DNA of 64,000 bases from Alphaproteobacteria bacterium (GCA_014190355.1 BJGH01000001.1:244957-308956); one strand, 5' to 3'. Positions 10,582-21,706 are shown, counted from the first letter of the stretch. Notes: a model not told the origin generated them from the sequence alone. Numbers and translations are program-made.

Positions 10582-12297
10582 GTGTTAAACTCTTTAACAA
10601 TCAACAACATTGTAATCATAAGTCAGGCTCAAATCGAGTTTAAATCAGGTCTTTGCGTTCTTACCGGAGAAACTGGTTCTGGAAAATCAATTTTGCTTGA
10701 TGCCCTTGGCTTGGCAATTGGCTTTCGCTCAACTTCAAGATTAATTGGCTCTGATAGCAATAAAGCTGAAGTTAGTGCAGAGTTTGATATTTCTAACAAT
10801 AATCAATGTCAAAAAATTCTTAACGATAATTCGCTTATAGATGGTGAAAATGCTAATATCTTACGAATCCGTAGAATTATCCTAGAAAATTCTACAAGCA
10901 AAGTTTTTGTTAATGACCAAGCAATTGGTGTTAGTTTGTTAAGCAAAATCGGGGAAACACTTGTTGAAATTAATGGTCAACATGATCAGCATGGTCTTCT
11001 TAATGCTAGCTCTCACTTGTTAATGCTCGATGAATTTGCCAATAATTCTCAACTCGTTGAAAAATTAAAAAAACAATATCAAGAACTAAAAAAAATTGAT
11101 CAAGAAATTTCCCAGATAAACAATAAAACCCTGCAAGCTAATCGTGAAAAGGATTATCTTGAACATATTATCAATGAACTCAGTGAAACAAATATCAAAG
11201 AAAATGAAGAGCAGCAATTAATTGCTAATAAAGAAAAAATTTTAGCTCAAGAAAAAATTCTCAATTTTTTAAATGATCTCAAGCAAAATCTTAGTGAAGC
11301 ATTAGGATACTTGATTTTAAGTCAAAAAATTTTTTTAAAAAACCAAAATATTATTGACAATCATCTACTCGATCAAATTGAAAAATTCATAAAATTTAAT
11401 GAAGATAGCGAAAATAATCTCAATAATATTGAACAATTTATAACATTTATAAACAATCTTATTCGTTCACTAAATCAACAAAATTTCGATCGAGAAACAA
11501 TAGAAGAAAGACTTTTTATTATTAAAAACCTTGCCCGAAAATTCAATGTTCATAGCAATGAACTTTATAAAATTATTGAAGATGCTAAAAATAAAATTAA
11601 TTTAATTGAAGATTCTCAAAAAATTCTTAATAATCTGCAAAAGCAAAAGCTAGATCACCTCAAACATTATCGTCAAATTGCCGAAGAATTATCCAACAAA
11701 AGACAAAAATCAGCAAAAATTTTAAGCAAAAAAGTCGAGGAAGAATTACAATTCTTAAAAATGGCTGAAACTAAATTTAAAGTTGAATTTATTAATTTCG
11801 AAAAAAATTCTAATTTTGAAAAAAACCTAGAAGAATATAATATTAACGGTTTTGATCGAGTTCGTTTCTTAGCTTCAACTAATAACAATGATTTTGATGA
11901 GATCACTAAAATTGCTTCAGGAGGTGAATTATCAAGATTTATGCTAGCTTTGAAAGTTGCTCTAATTGATGTTAAATCTACTCCAACAATAATTTTTGAT
12001 GAAATTGATACCGGAATAAGCGGAAGCACTGCTCAAGCGGTTGGAAAAAGATTAAAAACTCTTGCTCGAAATCTACAAATTTTAGTAGTTACTCATCAAG
12101 CTCAAATTGCTTCTAAAGCCGATACCCATTTTAAAATTAGCAAAAATCTTACTTTAAATTCATCTAACAAAAAATTTCAAACAATTATTGAAATATTAAA
12201 TAATACCCAAAGTGATCAGGAAATTGCTAGAATGTTATCAGGGGAAGAAATCAGCGATGAAGCAATGCTTGTTGCCAAAAATTTACGAAACTCTTAA
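10582..12297 (+). CDS. recN: DNA repair protein RecN
   Basis: LTGETGSGKSILLDAL, coiled coil, IASGGELSRFMLA, FDEIDTG, VTHQAQIA. Confidence 0.96.
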   Translation: MLNSLTINNIVIISQAQIEFKSGLCVLTGETGSGKSILLDALGLAIGFRSTSRLIGSDSNKAEVSAEFDISNNNQCQKILNDNSLIDGENANILRIRRIILENSTSKVFVNDQAIGVSLLSKIGETLVEINGQHDQHGLLNASSHLLMLDEFANNSQLVEKLKKQYQELKKIDQEISQINNKTLQANREKDYLEHIINELSETNIKENEEQQLIANKEKILAQEKILNFLNDLKQNLSEALGYLILSQKIFLKNQNIIDNHLLDQIEKFIKFNEDSENNLNNIEQFITFINNLIRSLNQQNFDRETIEERLFIIKNLARKFNVHSNELYKIIEDAKNKINLIEDSQKILNNLQKQKLDHLKHYRQIAEELSNKRQKSAKILSKKVEEELQFLKMAETKFKVEFINFEKNSNFEKNLEEYNINGFDRVRFLASTNNNDFDEITKIASGGELSRFMLALKVALIDVKSTPTIIFDEIDTGISGSTAQAVGKRLKTLARNLQILVVTHQAQIASKADTHFKISKNLTLNSSNKKFQTIIEILNNTQSDQEIARMLSGEEISDEAMLVAKNLRNS

Positions 12298-12330
12298 AAA
12301 AACTTCTTAAAAAAAACTTCTTAAAAAAAA
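12291..12330. repeat. Short tandem repeat of C(T)TCTT-A7-8, about 3 units, between recN and virD4
   Basis: Units read ctcttaaaaaaa, cttcttaaaaaaaa, cttcttaaaaaaaa. Confidence 0.6.
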
Positions 12331-12412
12331 GATTAGAAAATTAAATTTAATAAGTTAAAAATGTAATAATTTTACAAACTTATCAGCTCTTAAATAAATT
12401 CAATTTAAAACA

Positions 12413-14263
12413 ATGACCGTTGAAGCGGACAATCCGTTTATTAGACATTTTAGAAATTTCACAATCATCACTATACTAATTTTATTTGTTTTAAGTTTTT
12501 GTTATTACATAACAGGAACACTTGTAATATTTAGCATCAATGGTAATTGGGAATTAATAAAGGCATATTCAGCTCTTCCAATTGACAAGCAATTCATTTA
12601 TATTTCTAAAACTATTTATGCTTATTGGAAATTCTACATAATCAACAATAGCAAATTGACATCAACAAGCTATAATGGTTTTATTCCAAAGCTATGGATT
12701 TCTACTACTTTACCATATCTCCTACTATTTTCATTATGTTGGATATTTCGAGCACCATTAATAGACTGGAGACCATTTAAAAAACCTGAATCAATTCATG
12801 GCGATGCTCATTGGGCAACTTCTCGCGAAGTAAAAAAAATGGGTTTAAGATGCAAAAATGGGGTATTACTTGGCCAATACAATAAAAAATTACTTATCTC
12901 AGATGGCTATCAACATATCCTGCTATTTGCTCCAACAGGATCGGGAAAGGGTGTTGGTTTTGTTATTCCTAACCTACTCTTCTGGACAGACTCGGTAATT
13001 GTCCATGATATTAAACTAGAAAACTATGAGTTAAGCTCAGGCTGGCGAAGAAAACAATTAAAGCAAAAAGTTTTTTTATGGAATCCTGCTGATCCAGATG
13101 GTATAAGCCATTGCTACAACCCGATGGACTGGATTAGCAAAAAACCTGGGCAAATGGTCGATGATGTTCAAAAAATTTGCAATTTCCTTCTCCCTAAACA
13201 AGAATTCTGGTCAAACGAAGCTCGCGCTCTTCTTACCGGAGTTATGCTTTATTTAGTCTGCGATCCAAATAAACCTGCAACATTAGGTGAAGTTGTTAGA
13301 ACCCTAAGAAGTGATGACGTAGTCTATAATCTTGCGGTAGTGCTTGACACCATGGGTAAAATTATTCACCCAGTTGCTTACATGAACATTGCTTCATATC
13401 TACAAAAACCTGATAAGGAACGCGGTTCAGTAACTTCAACTGCCAACTCTTCTTTGGAACTATGGGCAAACCCTTTGATTGATACCACAACTGCAACCAG
13501 TGATTTTAATCTTCATGAATTTAAAATTACTCCTCATACTGTCTATGTTGGTTTAACTCCCGATAACATTGCTCGCTTAAAACCTTTGATGAATATGTTT
13601 TATCAACAAGCTGCAGCGTTTTTTACTGCTAAAATGCCTCAAAAACATGAGAAATTTGGTGTTCTAATGATGATGGACGAGTTTCCAACTCTTGGTAAAA
13701 TGGAGCAATTCCTTGCTGGTATTGCTTATTTTCGTGGTTATCGAGTGAGATTATTTTTAATTATTCAAGATACTGAGCAGCTTAAAGGGATTTATGAAGA
13801 GAACGGTATGAACTCATTTTTATCAAATGCTACTTATCGAATTACCTTCGCTGCAAACAATATGCAAACTGCTAATTTAATTTCACAATTAATTGGTAAC
13901 AAAACTGCTACACAAATTTCTTACAACAAACCAAAATATCTTGATCTCAATCCTGGAGCTCGATCCTTACATGTTTCTGGTGTTCAAAGGGCATTGTTAC
14001 TTCCTCAGGAAGTTATTCAGCTTCCTCGCGAGGAACAGATTATCCTTATTGAATCGCAACCTCCTGTTAAGTGCAAAAAAATTATTTATTTTAAAGAAAA
14101 ATTTTTTAACACAAGAATTTCAACAAAAATTCCCATTCCTAAACAAGAGCCAAATATGCCAAATTTTGCTTCAAAACCTAGTAATGCCAATAATAATTCT
14201 GAAGAGGCTAATAAAACACAAGATAGTAATAATTCGAGTTCAGGTGGTGGTAATCTAAATTAA
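12413..14263 (+). CDS. virD4: Type IV secretion coupling protein VirD4 (Rickettsiales rvhD4 type)
   Basis: Two N-terminal TMs, HGDAHWA, LFAPTGSGKGVGFVIPNLLFWTDSVIVHDIK, MDEFPTLGKM, YFRGYRVRLFLIIQD, RALLLPQEV. Confidence 0.93.
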   Translation: MTVEADNPFIRHFRNFTIITILILFVLSFCYYITGTLVIFSINGNWELIKAYSALPIDKQFIYISKTIYAYWKFYIINNSKLTSTSYNGFIPKLWISTTLPYLLLFSLCWIFRAPLIDWRPFKKPESIHGDAHWATSREVKKMGLRCKNGVLLGQYNKKLLISDGYQHILLFAPTGSGKGVGFVIPNLLFWTDSVIVHDIKLENYELSSGWRRKQLKQKVFLWNPADPDGISHCYNPMDWISKKPGQMVDDVQKICNFLLPKQEFWSNEARALLTGVMLYLVCDPNKPATLGEVVRTLRSDDVVYNLAVVLDTMGKIIHPVAYMNIASYLQKPDKERGSVTSTANSSLELWANPLIDTTTATSDFNLHEFKITPHTVYVGLTPDNIARLKPLMNMFYQQAAAFFTAKMPQKHEKFGVLMMMDEFPTLGKMEQFLAGIAYFRGYRVRLFLIIQDTEQLKGIYEENGMNSFLSNATYRITFAANNMQTANLISQLIGNKTATQISYNKPKYLDLNPGARSLHVSGVQRALLLPQEVIQLPREEQIILIESQPPVKCKKIIYFKEKFFNTRISTKIPIPKQEPNMPNFASKPSNANNNSEEANKTQDSNNSSSGGGNLN

Positions 14264-14271
14264 ATTTTTAA

Positions 14272-15153
14272 ATGAATAAAATTTTCGATATTAACCAATC
14301 TCAAACCATCAAAGCCGGATTAATTGGCAATCCAGTTAGTCATTCTCTTTCGCCAAAAATTCATAATTATTTTTTACAAAAATTTCAAATTAATGGCAGT
14401 TATCAAGCTGTCAATATCGATCCAGAAAATTTTTATCAAGATCTTGAAAATCTCAAAAATCAAAGATTTGCAGGTTTTAATGTTACAATTCCTTTTAAAG
14501 AAAAAATTATTGAGCATTGCTCGAAACTTGATGATAGTGCAAAAAAAATTAAAGCAGTTAACACTGTAGTAATTGATAAAAATAACAATTTTATCGGCTA
14601 TAATTCAGATGCCCAAGGCTTTATAGATAATATTTTTGCCAAATATCCTGACTTTTCTTTAAAAAATAAAAATGCTTTTGTTTATGGAGCAGGAGGGGCA
14701 TCTCGGGCAATAGTTTATGGATTACTAAACAATGATGTAAAAAATATTTTTATTACCAATCGTAATCAGCAAAGAGTTGAAAATTTAATTGATGATTTTA
14801 GCAATCTTGCCTCACAAAAAAAAATTAATTTACATCACTTATCTCAAAAAGATTTTGATAATCAGCTCAATAACTGCGATATCTTGATTAATTCGACTTC
14901 GCTTGGCATGCTAAATCAACCTCCTTTACTTCTTAACTTGGAAAAATTAAATTATTCAGCAATGGTTTATGATATTGTTTATAAGCCTTTAATCACTAAC
15001 TTACTTTATCAGGCCCAAACTCGGGGAAATCCAATAATTACCGGTCTTGGAATGTTAATTAGACAAGCCTTGGTTGGTTTTAATCTCTGGTATCATAAAT
15101 CAGTAATTGATATTGGAAATCTTGAAGAATTGTTAATTTCAAATAAAATTTAA
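14272..15153 (+). CDS. aroE: Shikimate dehydrogenase
   Basis: GNPVSHSLSPKIHN, GFNVTIPFKE, AVNT, GAGGASRA, YDIVYKP, GLGMLIRQA. Confidence 0.96.
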   Translation: MNKIFDINQSQTIKAGLIGNPVSHSLSPKIHNYFLQKFQINGSYQAVNIDPENFYQDLENLKNQRFAGFNVTIPFKEKIIEHCSKLDDSAKKIKAVNTVVIDKNNNFIGYNSDAQGFIDNIFAKYPDFSLKNKNAFVYGAGGASRAIVYGLLNNDVKNIFITNRNQQRVENLIDDFSNLASQKKINLHHLSQKDFDNQLNNCDILINSTSLGMLNQPPLLLNLEKLNYSAMVYDIVYKPLITNLLYQAQTRGNPIITGLGMLIRQALVGFNLWYHKSVIDIGNLEELLISNKI

Positions 15154-15154
15154 T

Positions 15155-15457
15155 ATGAACTATATTAAAAAATTTTTTAATTTTTTACGCAATCTAATTC
15201 TCTTTAGTTTATTAATAATTTTAGTAATTTTTATGGTAAGTAATCGGCAAACTATAGATATTGATTTCAGTCCTCTACCATTCACAGCATCAACACGGAT
15301 TTTCACCTTAATGTTAAGTTGTTTTTTGTTAGGAGTATTGCTAACTATTTTAATTTTATCACAAAAATTCGTGAAAAATATTTTCAATAATTATCGCAAT
15401 CAAAATAAAATTAAAAAATTGCAAAAACAAATTTCGCTTCAACAAGAACAAATCTAA
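15155..15457 (+). CDS. LapA/DUF1049-like small membrane protein
   Basis: Two TM segments separated by F...NRQ.I.I.F.P, followed by a basic coiled-coil tail. Confidence 0.7.
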   Translation: MNYIKKFFNFLRNLILFSLLIILVIFMVSNRQTIDIDFSPLPFTASTRIFTLMLSCFLLGVLLTILILSQKFVKNIFNNYRNQNKIKKLQKQISLQQEQI

Positions 15458-15463
15458 ATTAAT

Positions 15464-16048
15464 TTGTTAAAAATTTTCTTTATAACCATGTTATTTTTTA
15501 ACCTTACCTTCATCAATAAAACAGCTTTGAGTGCAGATGTTCACAATTCAAAACACCAGACTGTAATTTTAGCTGGAGGATGTTTTTGGGGAGTAGAAAA
15601 TTTATTTTCAAAACTTGAAGGAGTATCTGAAACACAAGTAGGATATACCGGAGGAACTATTGATAATCCCAATTATGAAATTGTTAAAACTGGTTTATCA
15701 GGTCATGCTGAATCAGTAAAAATTATTTTTGATCCACAAAAAATTTCTTTTGAAAAAATCATTAAATATTTTTTTACTATCCATGATCCAACTCAATTAA
15801 ATCGTCAACAAAATGATATAGGATCACAATATGCATCAATTATTTTTTATACATCTGATCTTCAAAAAGAAATTGCTCAGCAAGTTATTCTAGAAGCTTC
15901 AAATAAAAAAATATTTGCTAAGCCAATAGTTACACAAATTGTCAAAGCATCAAAATTTTATAGAGCTGAAGACTATCATCAAAAATACCTTCAAAAAAAT
16001 CCAAATGGTTACAACTGCCATTATCAACGCCAAGAATGGATTTTTTAA
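15464..16048 (+). CDS. msrA: Peptide methionine sulfoxide reductase A with signal peptide
   Basis: AGGCFWG, GYTGG, GHAESV, HDPTQLNRQ, AEDYHQKY; leader ending ALSA. Confidence 0.93.
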   Translation: MLKIFFITMLFFNLTFINKTALSADVHNSKHQTVILAGGCFWGVENLFSKLEGVSETQVGYTGGTIDNPNYEIVKTGLSGHAESVKIIFDPQKISFEKIIKYFFTIHDPTQLNRQQNDIGSQYASIIFYTSDLQKEIAQQVILEASNKKIFAKPIVTQIVKASKFYRAEDYHQKYLQKNPNGYNCHYQRQEWIF

Positions 16049-16293
16049 CAAATCTTATTTGATAAATCAAATTAATATACAGCAAATAAAGAGTTGCTTT
16101 AAAAAAAATAACTCTTAAAATCTTTTGAAGATGAATTTATGCTGAAAAAAATTAGTTGAAACTTATCATTAAATCCAATCTCATAGTATCAAAAATAATC
16201 AAGAGAATGCAGGTAAATTAACTAAAAATAACAGTCTAAAATATTCTAAAGAAATAATAAATTAAAAAATAATTAATTAAATTAAATAAATTT

Positions 16294-17580
16294 ATGGCAA
16301 GTAATCTAACAATTATGGGAAATAAAGAAATTCTTTTAGTAGCTGAAAATATTGCCCATGAAAAAGGCATTGCTGTTCAGGAAGTTATAGAAGCAATGGA
16401 AGAAGGCATTAAGCTTGCTGCTCGAAAAAAATATGGTAGCCATCTTGATATTGAATGCAAGATTGATCGCAAATCTGGACAGATTAAATTATACAACAAG
16501 CTTCAAGTAGTTGCCAATAATACAGAAGATTTTGATGTTAGAACTCATATTGATTTAAAGCATGCTAAAAAAGAAAATTCAGAAGCCGAAATTGGTGATG
16601 TTGTTATCCAAGAATTACCACCTATTGACTTGAACCGAGTTGTTGCCCAAGTTGCAAGAAATGAAATTATTCGTAAAGTTAAAGAAGCTGAAAAGAATAA
16701 AGAATTTAATATGTTTAAAGATCGTATTGGCGATATAGTTAGTGCTTCAGTAAAAAAAGTTGGATTAAAAAATATTGTTATGGAAGTTGATGGTTATGAA
16801 GCGGTAATTCATGAAAGCGGATTAATTCCTCGTGAATCATTTCGTGTTGGTGATCGCATGCGTTGCTATATTGAAGATGTTCGAAAAGAATCTTTTGGTG
16901 CGCAAATCTTCTTATCGAGAACTCACCCACAATTCTTAATTAAATTATTTGAACAAGAAGTTCCAGAGTTATATGAAGGAAATATTGAGGTTAAAGCTGT
17001 AGCTCGTGACCCAGGATCTCGTGCTAAAATAGCTATATACTCTCGTCGTGATGATATTGATATTATTGGTTCATTTATCGGAATTCGTGGCAGCAGAGTT
17101 CAATCAGTTAGCTCTGAATTAAGAGGTGAAAAAATTGATATCATCAAATGGTCAGCAAACATTGCCGAAATGGTTATCAGCTCTCTAACTCCCGCAAAAA
17201 TTAGTAAAGTTGTAGTTGATGAAGAAAACAATCTTATTGAGGTTGTTGTTCCTGAAGATCAACTTAGCCTTGCAATTGGAAGAGGTGGACAAAATGTTAA
17301 ACTAGCTTCAAAGTTAGTTAATCACAAAATCGATGTAATGACCGAAGAACAAGAATCAGCTCGAAGATCTGCAGAATTCAATCAAGCTTCAAAACTTTTC
17401 ATTGAAGCTCTAGATGTTGAAGATATGATTGCCAATCTTCTTGCTTCTGAAGGTTTCTTAAACATTGAATCAATTGTTCAGGCCGAATCCTCGGAAATTG
17501 CTTCAATTGAAGGATTTGATGAAGAAATAGCCAAAGAAATTAAACGAAGAGCTGAAGAATATTTGCAAAAAAATAGCTAA
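16294..17580 (+). CDS. nusA: Transcription termination/antitermination factor NusA
   Basis: LFEQEVPE, ARDPGSRAKIA, GEKIDII, LSLAIGRGGQNVKLAS. Confidence 0.97.
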   Translation: MASNLTIMGNKEILLVAENIAHEKGIAVQEVIEAMEEGIKLAARKKYGSHLDIECKIDRKSGQIKLYNKLQVVANNTEDFDVRTHIDLKHAKKENSEAEIGDVVIQELPPIDLNRVVAQVARNEIIRKVKEAEKNKEFNMFKDRIGDIVSASVKKVGLKNIVMEVDGYEAVIHESGLIPRESFRVGDRMRCYIEDVRKESFGAQIFLSRTHPQFLIKLFEQEVPELYEGNIEVKAVARDPGSRAKIAIYSRRDDIDIIGSFIGIRGSRVQSVSSELRGEKIDIIKWSANIAEMVISSLTPAKISKVVVDEENNLIEVVVPEDQLSLAIGRGGQNVKLASKLVNHKIDVMTEEQESARRSAEFNQASKLFIEALDVEDMIANLLASEGFLNIESIVQAESSEIASIEGFDEEIAKEIKRRAEEYLQKNS

Positions 17581-17644
17581 ATTTATTTAGTTTTTTTTCA
17601 AATAAACTAATTAAAAATCTCGAAAAAAAAATTAAATATTTAAC

Positions 17645-20335
17645 ATGACTGACGATAAAACAAACAACAACACTAGATCAAAACTTACCTTGAAACTTCC
17701 ATCGTCAGTTAGTGCCCCTGAAATAGGAATTAAAAATCCAAATAATAATAAGGATAAAAAAACTACTAGCTCTGCAGTTCATGTTACTATCAAAGGCAGA
17801 AAAAAAGATAATTTTAAAAAAGATGATTTAATTAATGGTCTTAATCGCCAAGAAATTGAAGCAAGGTTCAAAGCTATCTCATCAAATTCTAACTCTTCCA
17901 ACGAGGATTTAAAAACTAATGACATACTTAACAAAATCAGAGAAGTTAACAAAAATGATATCTTTGAAAATAATGAAAAGACCAGCATTAATCAAGAAAA
18001 ACCTAATAGCTCAAATCTCAAAAACTCAAGCAAAACTAATTCAAAGTACCCATCTAAAAATACCGAAGAATCAACTAAAAATAATGAAGATATCATTATT
18101 TCTCAACAAATTACTTTTGAAAAAAGTCCTGATAATTTAGTTAAAGACTTGACTAGTAATGAACAAAAAACAGATAACATTACCAACTACAATCTTGATG
18201 ATTTTGATGTCCGCAACAAAATCAAACAAAGCGTTGCTTTATCAAATCAGCAAAAAGAGCAAAGAGAAAAAATGCTTTTAGAGCGTAAAAAAAATGAAGA
18301 AGAAAAAATTGCTAAAGAAAAAAACATTCGAGAACAACTTGAAAAAGATCGCAAAAAAAATAAAACTAAAAATAGTCCAACTAAATCAGGCTTCATTGAA
18401 GATGATAATTCTGTGCGTCAAAAATTTATTAAAGAAGAAAAATTTAATGTTCGTCGATTAACCTACATTATTGACTCTGACTCTGAGGATGATTTTGAAA
18501 GTGGCACTTCGCGGCGAAGAAAACCCAAATTTAAAAATAAAAACGATCTTGAGCAAAACCAAACAAAAGATTATAAAAAGATTGCTCGTGATGTAATAAT
18601 TCCAGATCTTATAACCGTTTCAGAATTATCTGAAAGAATGACTGAAAAAGCTGGCGATGTGGTAAAAAAATTATTTGCAATGGGTATGGTTGTTACCAGT
18701 AATCAAGCAATAGATGCAGATACTGCAGAAATTATTGTTAGTGAGTTTGGACATAATCCTAAAAGAGTTTCAAAATCTGATGTTGAAAATACTTTACAAG
18801 ATAATTTTGATCATAGCGATGAAAGATTTCGCGCACCTGTTGTTACAATTATGGGACATGTTGATCATGGTAAAACCTCATTACTTGATGCTCTTCGTCA
18901 AACAAATGTTGTTGATAATGAGCATGGTGGAATAACTCAACATATTGGTGCATCACGAATCAAAACTAAAGATGGAAAATTTATTACCTTCCTTGATACT
19001 CCGGGTCACGAAGCATTTACAGAAATGCGTTCGCGTGGAGCAAATATTACTGACATAGTTGTTTTAGTTGTTGCAGCAGATGATGGAGTTAAGGAACAAA
19101 CTATTGAGGCAATTAATCATGCAAAAGCTGCAAATGTTCCAATCATTGTTGCAGTTAATAAAATCGATAAACCAGGATGCAATCCAAAAATTGTTAAAAA
19201 TGAATTACTAACTCATCATATTGTTGCAGAAGAATTAGGTGGAGATGTGATGTTTGTTGAAGTCTCAGCTAAAGCTAAAATTAATCTCGATAAACTTGAA
19301 GAAGCAATTTTGCTGCAAGCTGAAATACTTGACCTTAAAGCACCTTATCTAGGAAAGTCTGTTGGAGCAGTAATTGAATCCCGTATCGACCCAAATAAAG
19401 GGGTAATTGCTACCGTTCTTGTTCAAAAAGGAACTTTAGACATTGGTGATTTAATTGTAGCAGGAACCTCCTATGGCAAAATCAGAAAAATGACCGATGA
19501 TACCGGAAAAAACATTGCCCATGCTACTCCTTCAGTTCCTGTCGAAATACTTGGTCTAGACAACGCACCAAATGCTGGAGATAAATTTGTTGAAGTTAAT
19601 GAAGAACGTCAGGCTCGAGAAATTATTTCTTATCGCTCTCGTAAAGAAAAAGAAGATAAAGCTTTAAAAAATTCTGCAAAATCTTTAAGCGATATTTTTA
19701 AAGAATCTGGTAAAGGTAAATTGAAATATCTTAATTTAATAATTAAGGGTGATGTTCATGGATCAGTTGAAGCAATAATTGGCTCAGTTACCAAACTAAG
19801 CAATAATGAGGTTGCAATTAAAGTAATTCACAGTGCAACTGGAGGAATAAGTGAAAGTGATATTAGTCTTGCCGTTGCATCTAATGCCGTTGTTATTGGT
19901 TTTAATGTCAGAGCAAATTCATCTGCTAAAAATAGTGCTGATAATAAAAAAATTGAAATACGCTATTATTCAATAATCTATAACCTAGTTGACGATCTCA
20001 AATTACTTTTAAGCGGAATGTTAACGCCAATCAAAAATGAAGAATATCTTGGACAAGCAGAGATAAGACAGGTTTTCAAGGTTTCTGGAGCAGGAAAAAT
20101 TGCCGGATCATTTGTTACCGATGGCATCATTAAAAGAAATTCTCGAGTTAGAATTTTACGCGATAGCATCGTAATTCATGATGGAACTTTAAAAACTTTA
20201 AAACGTTTTAAAGAAGATGTTAAGGAAGTAAAAAGTGGATTTGAATGTGGAATAGCTCTAGAAAATTTCGATGATATTAAGGATAAAGATATAATCGAGT
20301 GCTATGAAATTGTTGAACAAAAACGTACAATTTAA
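17645..20335 (+). CDS. infB: Translation initiation factor IF-2
   Basis: [36 protein letters not shown]. Confidence 0.98.
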   Translation: MTDDKTNNNTRSKLTLKLPSSVSAPEIGIKNPNNNKDKKTTSSAVHVTIKGRKKDNFKKDDLINGLNRQEIEARFKAISSNSNSSNEDLKTNDILNKIREVNKNDIFENNEKTSINQEKPNSSNLKNSSKTNSKYPSKNTEESTKNNEDIIISQQITFEKSPDNLVKDLTSNEQKTDNITNYNLDDFDVRNKIKQSVALSNQQKEQREKMLLERKKNEEEKIAKEKNIREQLEKDRKKNKTKNSPTKSGFIEDDNSVRQKFIKEEKFNVRRLTYIIDSDSEDDFESGTSRRRKPKFKNKNDLEQNQTKDYKKIARDVIIPDLITVSELSERMTEKAGDVVKKLFAMGMVVTSNQAIDADTAEIIVSEFGHNPKRVSKSDVENTLQDNFDHSDERFRAPVVTIMGHVDHGKTSLLDALRQTNVVDNEHGGITQHIGASRIKTKDGKFITFLDTPGHEAFTEMRSRGANITDIVVLVVAADDGVKEQTIEAINHAKAANVPIIVAVNKIDKPGCNPKIVKNELLTHHIVAEELGGDVMFVEVSAKAKINLDKLEEAILLQAEILDLKAPYLGKSVGAVIESRIDPNKGVIATVLVQKGTLDIGDLIVAGTSYGKIRKMTDDTGKNIAHATPSVPVEILGLDNAPNAGDKFVEVNEERQAREIISYRSRKEKEDKALKNSAKSLSDIFKESGKGKLKYLNLIIKGDVHGSVEAIIGSVTKLSNNEVAIKVIHSATGGISESDISLAVASNAVVIGFNVRANSSAKNSADNKKIEIRYYSIIYNLVDDLKLLLSGMLTPIKNEEYLGQAEIRQVFKVSGAGKIAGSFVTDGIIKRNSRVRILRDSIVIHDGTLKTLKRFKEDVKEVKSGFECGIALENFDDIKDKDIIECYEIVEQKRTI

Positions 20336-20425
20336 AAAATCTTTTAGCTTAGTTAAGAAATTTTTTTGCTAGCTAAAAAATTAAAAAATAACTTTTATTT
20401 AAAAAAATAATTTTTTTAAGATTTT

Positions 20426-20950
20426 ATGAAATACCACTTAACCTCAAGAATTTTTCACTGGCTTATGGCAATTTTAATAATTGCCATGATTGGCTTTGGA
20501 ATCTATATTACAGACTTTATTAGAGATGATTCTCAACATCGTGACTTTGCCTATGAAATGCATAAATCATTTGGTGTTTTGGTTATTATTTTAGTATTTT
20601 TAAGATTGATTAATCGAATTATTCATCGTCCACCTGCCCTGCCAATAACCATGAAAAAATATGAACAATATCTCGCTCATCTTGGACATTTAGGATTGTA
20701 TTTTTTAATGTTTGTAACCCCAATTGCTGGATATTTAATGTCTAATGCCTATGGCTTTGAAGTCAAACTTTTTGGCATAACTTTACCAACCCTTATCTCA
20801 ACAAATTTTGATTTAGCTAAACAATTTAAAGAACTTCACGAGATTAGTGCTTTTGCAATGCTTGGATTAGTTATTATTCATGTTATCGCAGTGATTAAAC
20901 ATCGTTATTTTGATCAAAAAGAAAATGATATCCTTAACCGTATGCTTTAA
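20426..20950 (+). CDS. Cytochrome b561 (CybB/YceJ family)
   Basis: FHWLMA, HKSFG, H.GLY and C-terminal heme-ligand His residues; ends ILNRML. Confidence 0.9.
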   Translation: MKYHLTSRIFHWLMAILIIAMIGFGIYITDFIRDDSQHRDFAYEMHKSFGVLVIILVFLRLINRIIHRPPALPITMKKYEQYLAHLGHLGLYFLMFVTPIAGYLMSNAYGFEVKLFGITLPTLISTNFDLAKQFKELHEISAFAMLGLVIIHVIAVIKHRYFDQKENDILNRML

Positions 20951-20953
20951 TTT

Positions 20954-21706
20954 ATGTTAAAAAACCGAATCATTCCTTGTTTGGATGTTAAAAATAATCA
21001 GGTAGTTAAAGGAATAAATTTTGAAAATTTAGTTGAGGCTGGTGATGTTGTTGAAATGGCAAAATTTTATTATCAATCTAATGCAGATGAGCTCTGTCTT
21101 CTCGATATTTCAGCATCGCTTGAAAATCGTTCAACAATGATTGATTTAGTTAGTAAAGTTGCGAAAGTTTGTTTTATTCCCTTTACAGTTGGTGGAGGTG
21201 TTAGAAGTTGCGATGATTTTGCAGTTCTTCTAAAATCAGGGGCTGACAAAATCTCAATCAACAGCTCGGCAATTAAAAATCCACAACTAATCAGTGATTC
21301 TGCAAACAAATATGGTAGACAATGCGTTGTTGTAGCAATTGATGTTAAAAAAAATAATCTAGGACAATATCAAGTTTTTTCCCATGGTGGAAAAATTGCT
21401 ACTAATTTAGAAGCAATTTCATGGGCTAAACAAGTTGAAGAACTTGGTGCAGGTGAAATTTTATTAACCTCCATGGATCAAGATGGAACTAAAAAAGGAT
21501 ATGATCTTGATATTCTTTTAGCAATTACCAAACAAACCTCAATTCCAGTAATTGCCTCGGGTGGAGTTGGCAATCTTCAGCATTTGGCAGATGGTCTAAA
21601 AGCAGGAGCATCAGCTGTTTTAGCAGCATCAATATTTCATTTTCAGCAATTTAGTATTGCTCAAGCAAAACAATTTCTTAAGGAACAAAATTTAGCGATT
21701 CGCTAA
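20954..21706 (+). CDS. hisF: Imidazole glycerol phosphate synthase cyclase subunit
   Basis: RIIPCLDV, PFTVGGG, GAGEILLTSMDQDGT, PVIASGG, LAASIFH. Confidence 0.97.
   Translation: MLKNRIIPCLDVKNNQVVKGINFENLVEAGDVVEMAKFYYQSNADELCLLDISASLENRSTMIDLVSKVAKVCFIPFTVGGGVRSCDDFAVLLKSGADKISINSSAIKNPQLISDSANKYGRQCVVVAIDVKKNNLGQYQVFSHGGKIATNLEAISWAKQVEELGAGEILLTSMDQDGTKKGYDLDILLAITKQTSIPVIASGGVGNLQHLADGLKAGASAVLAASIFHFQQFSIAQAKQFLKEQNLAIR

Noticed and set aside
21692-21706. Convergent 15-bp overlap of hisF and lnt
   Set aside because: Common in compact genomes; no additional signal.
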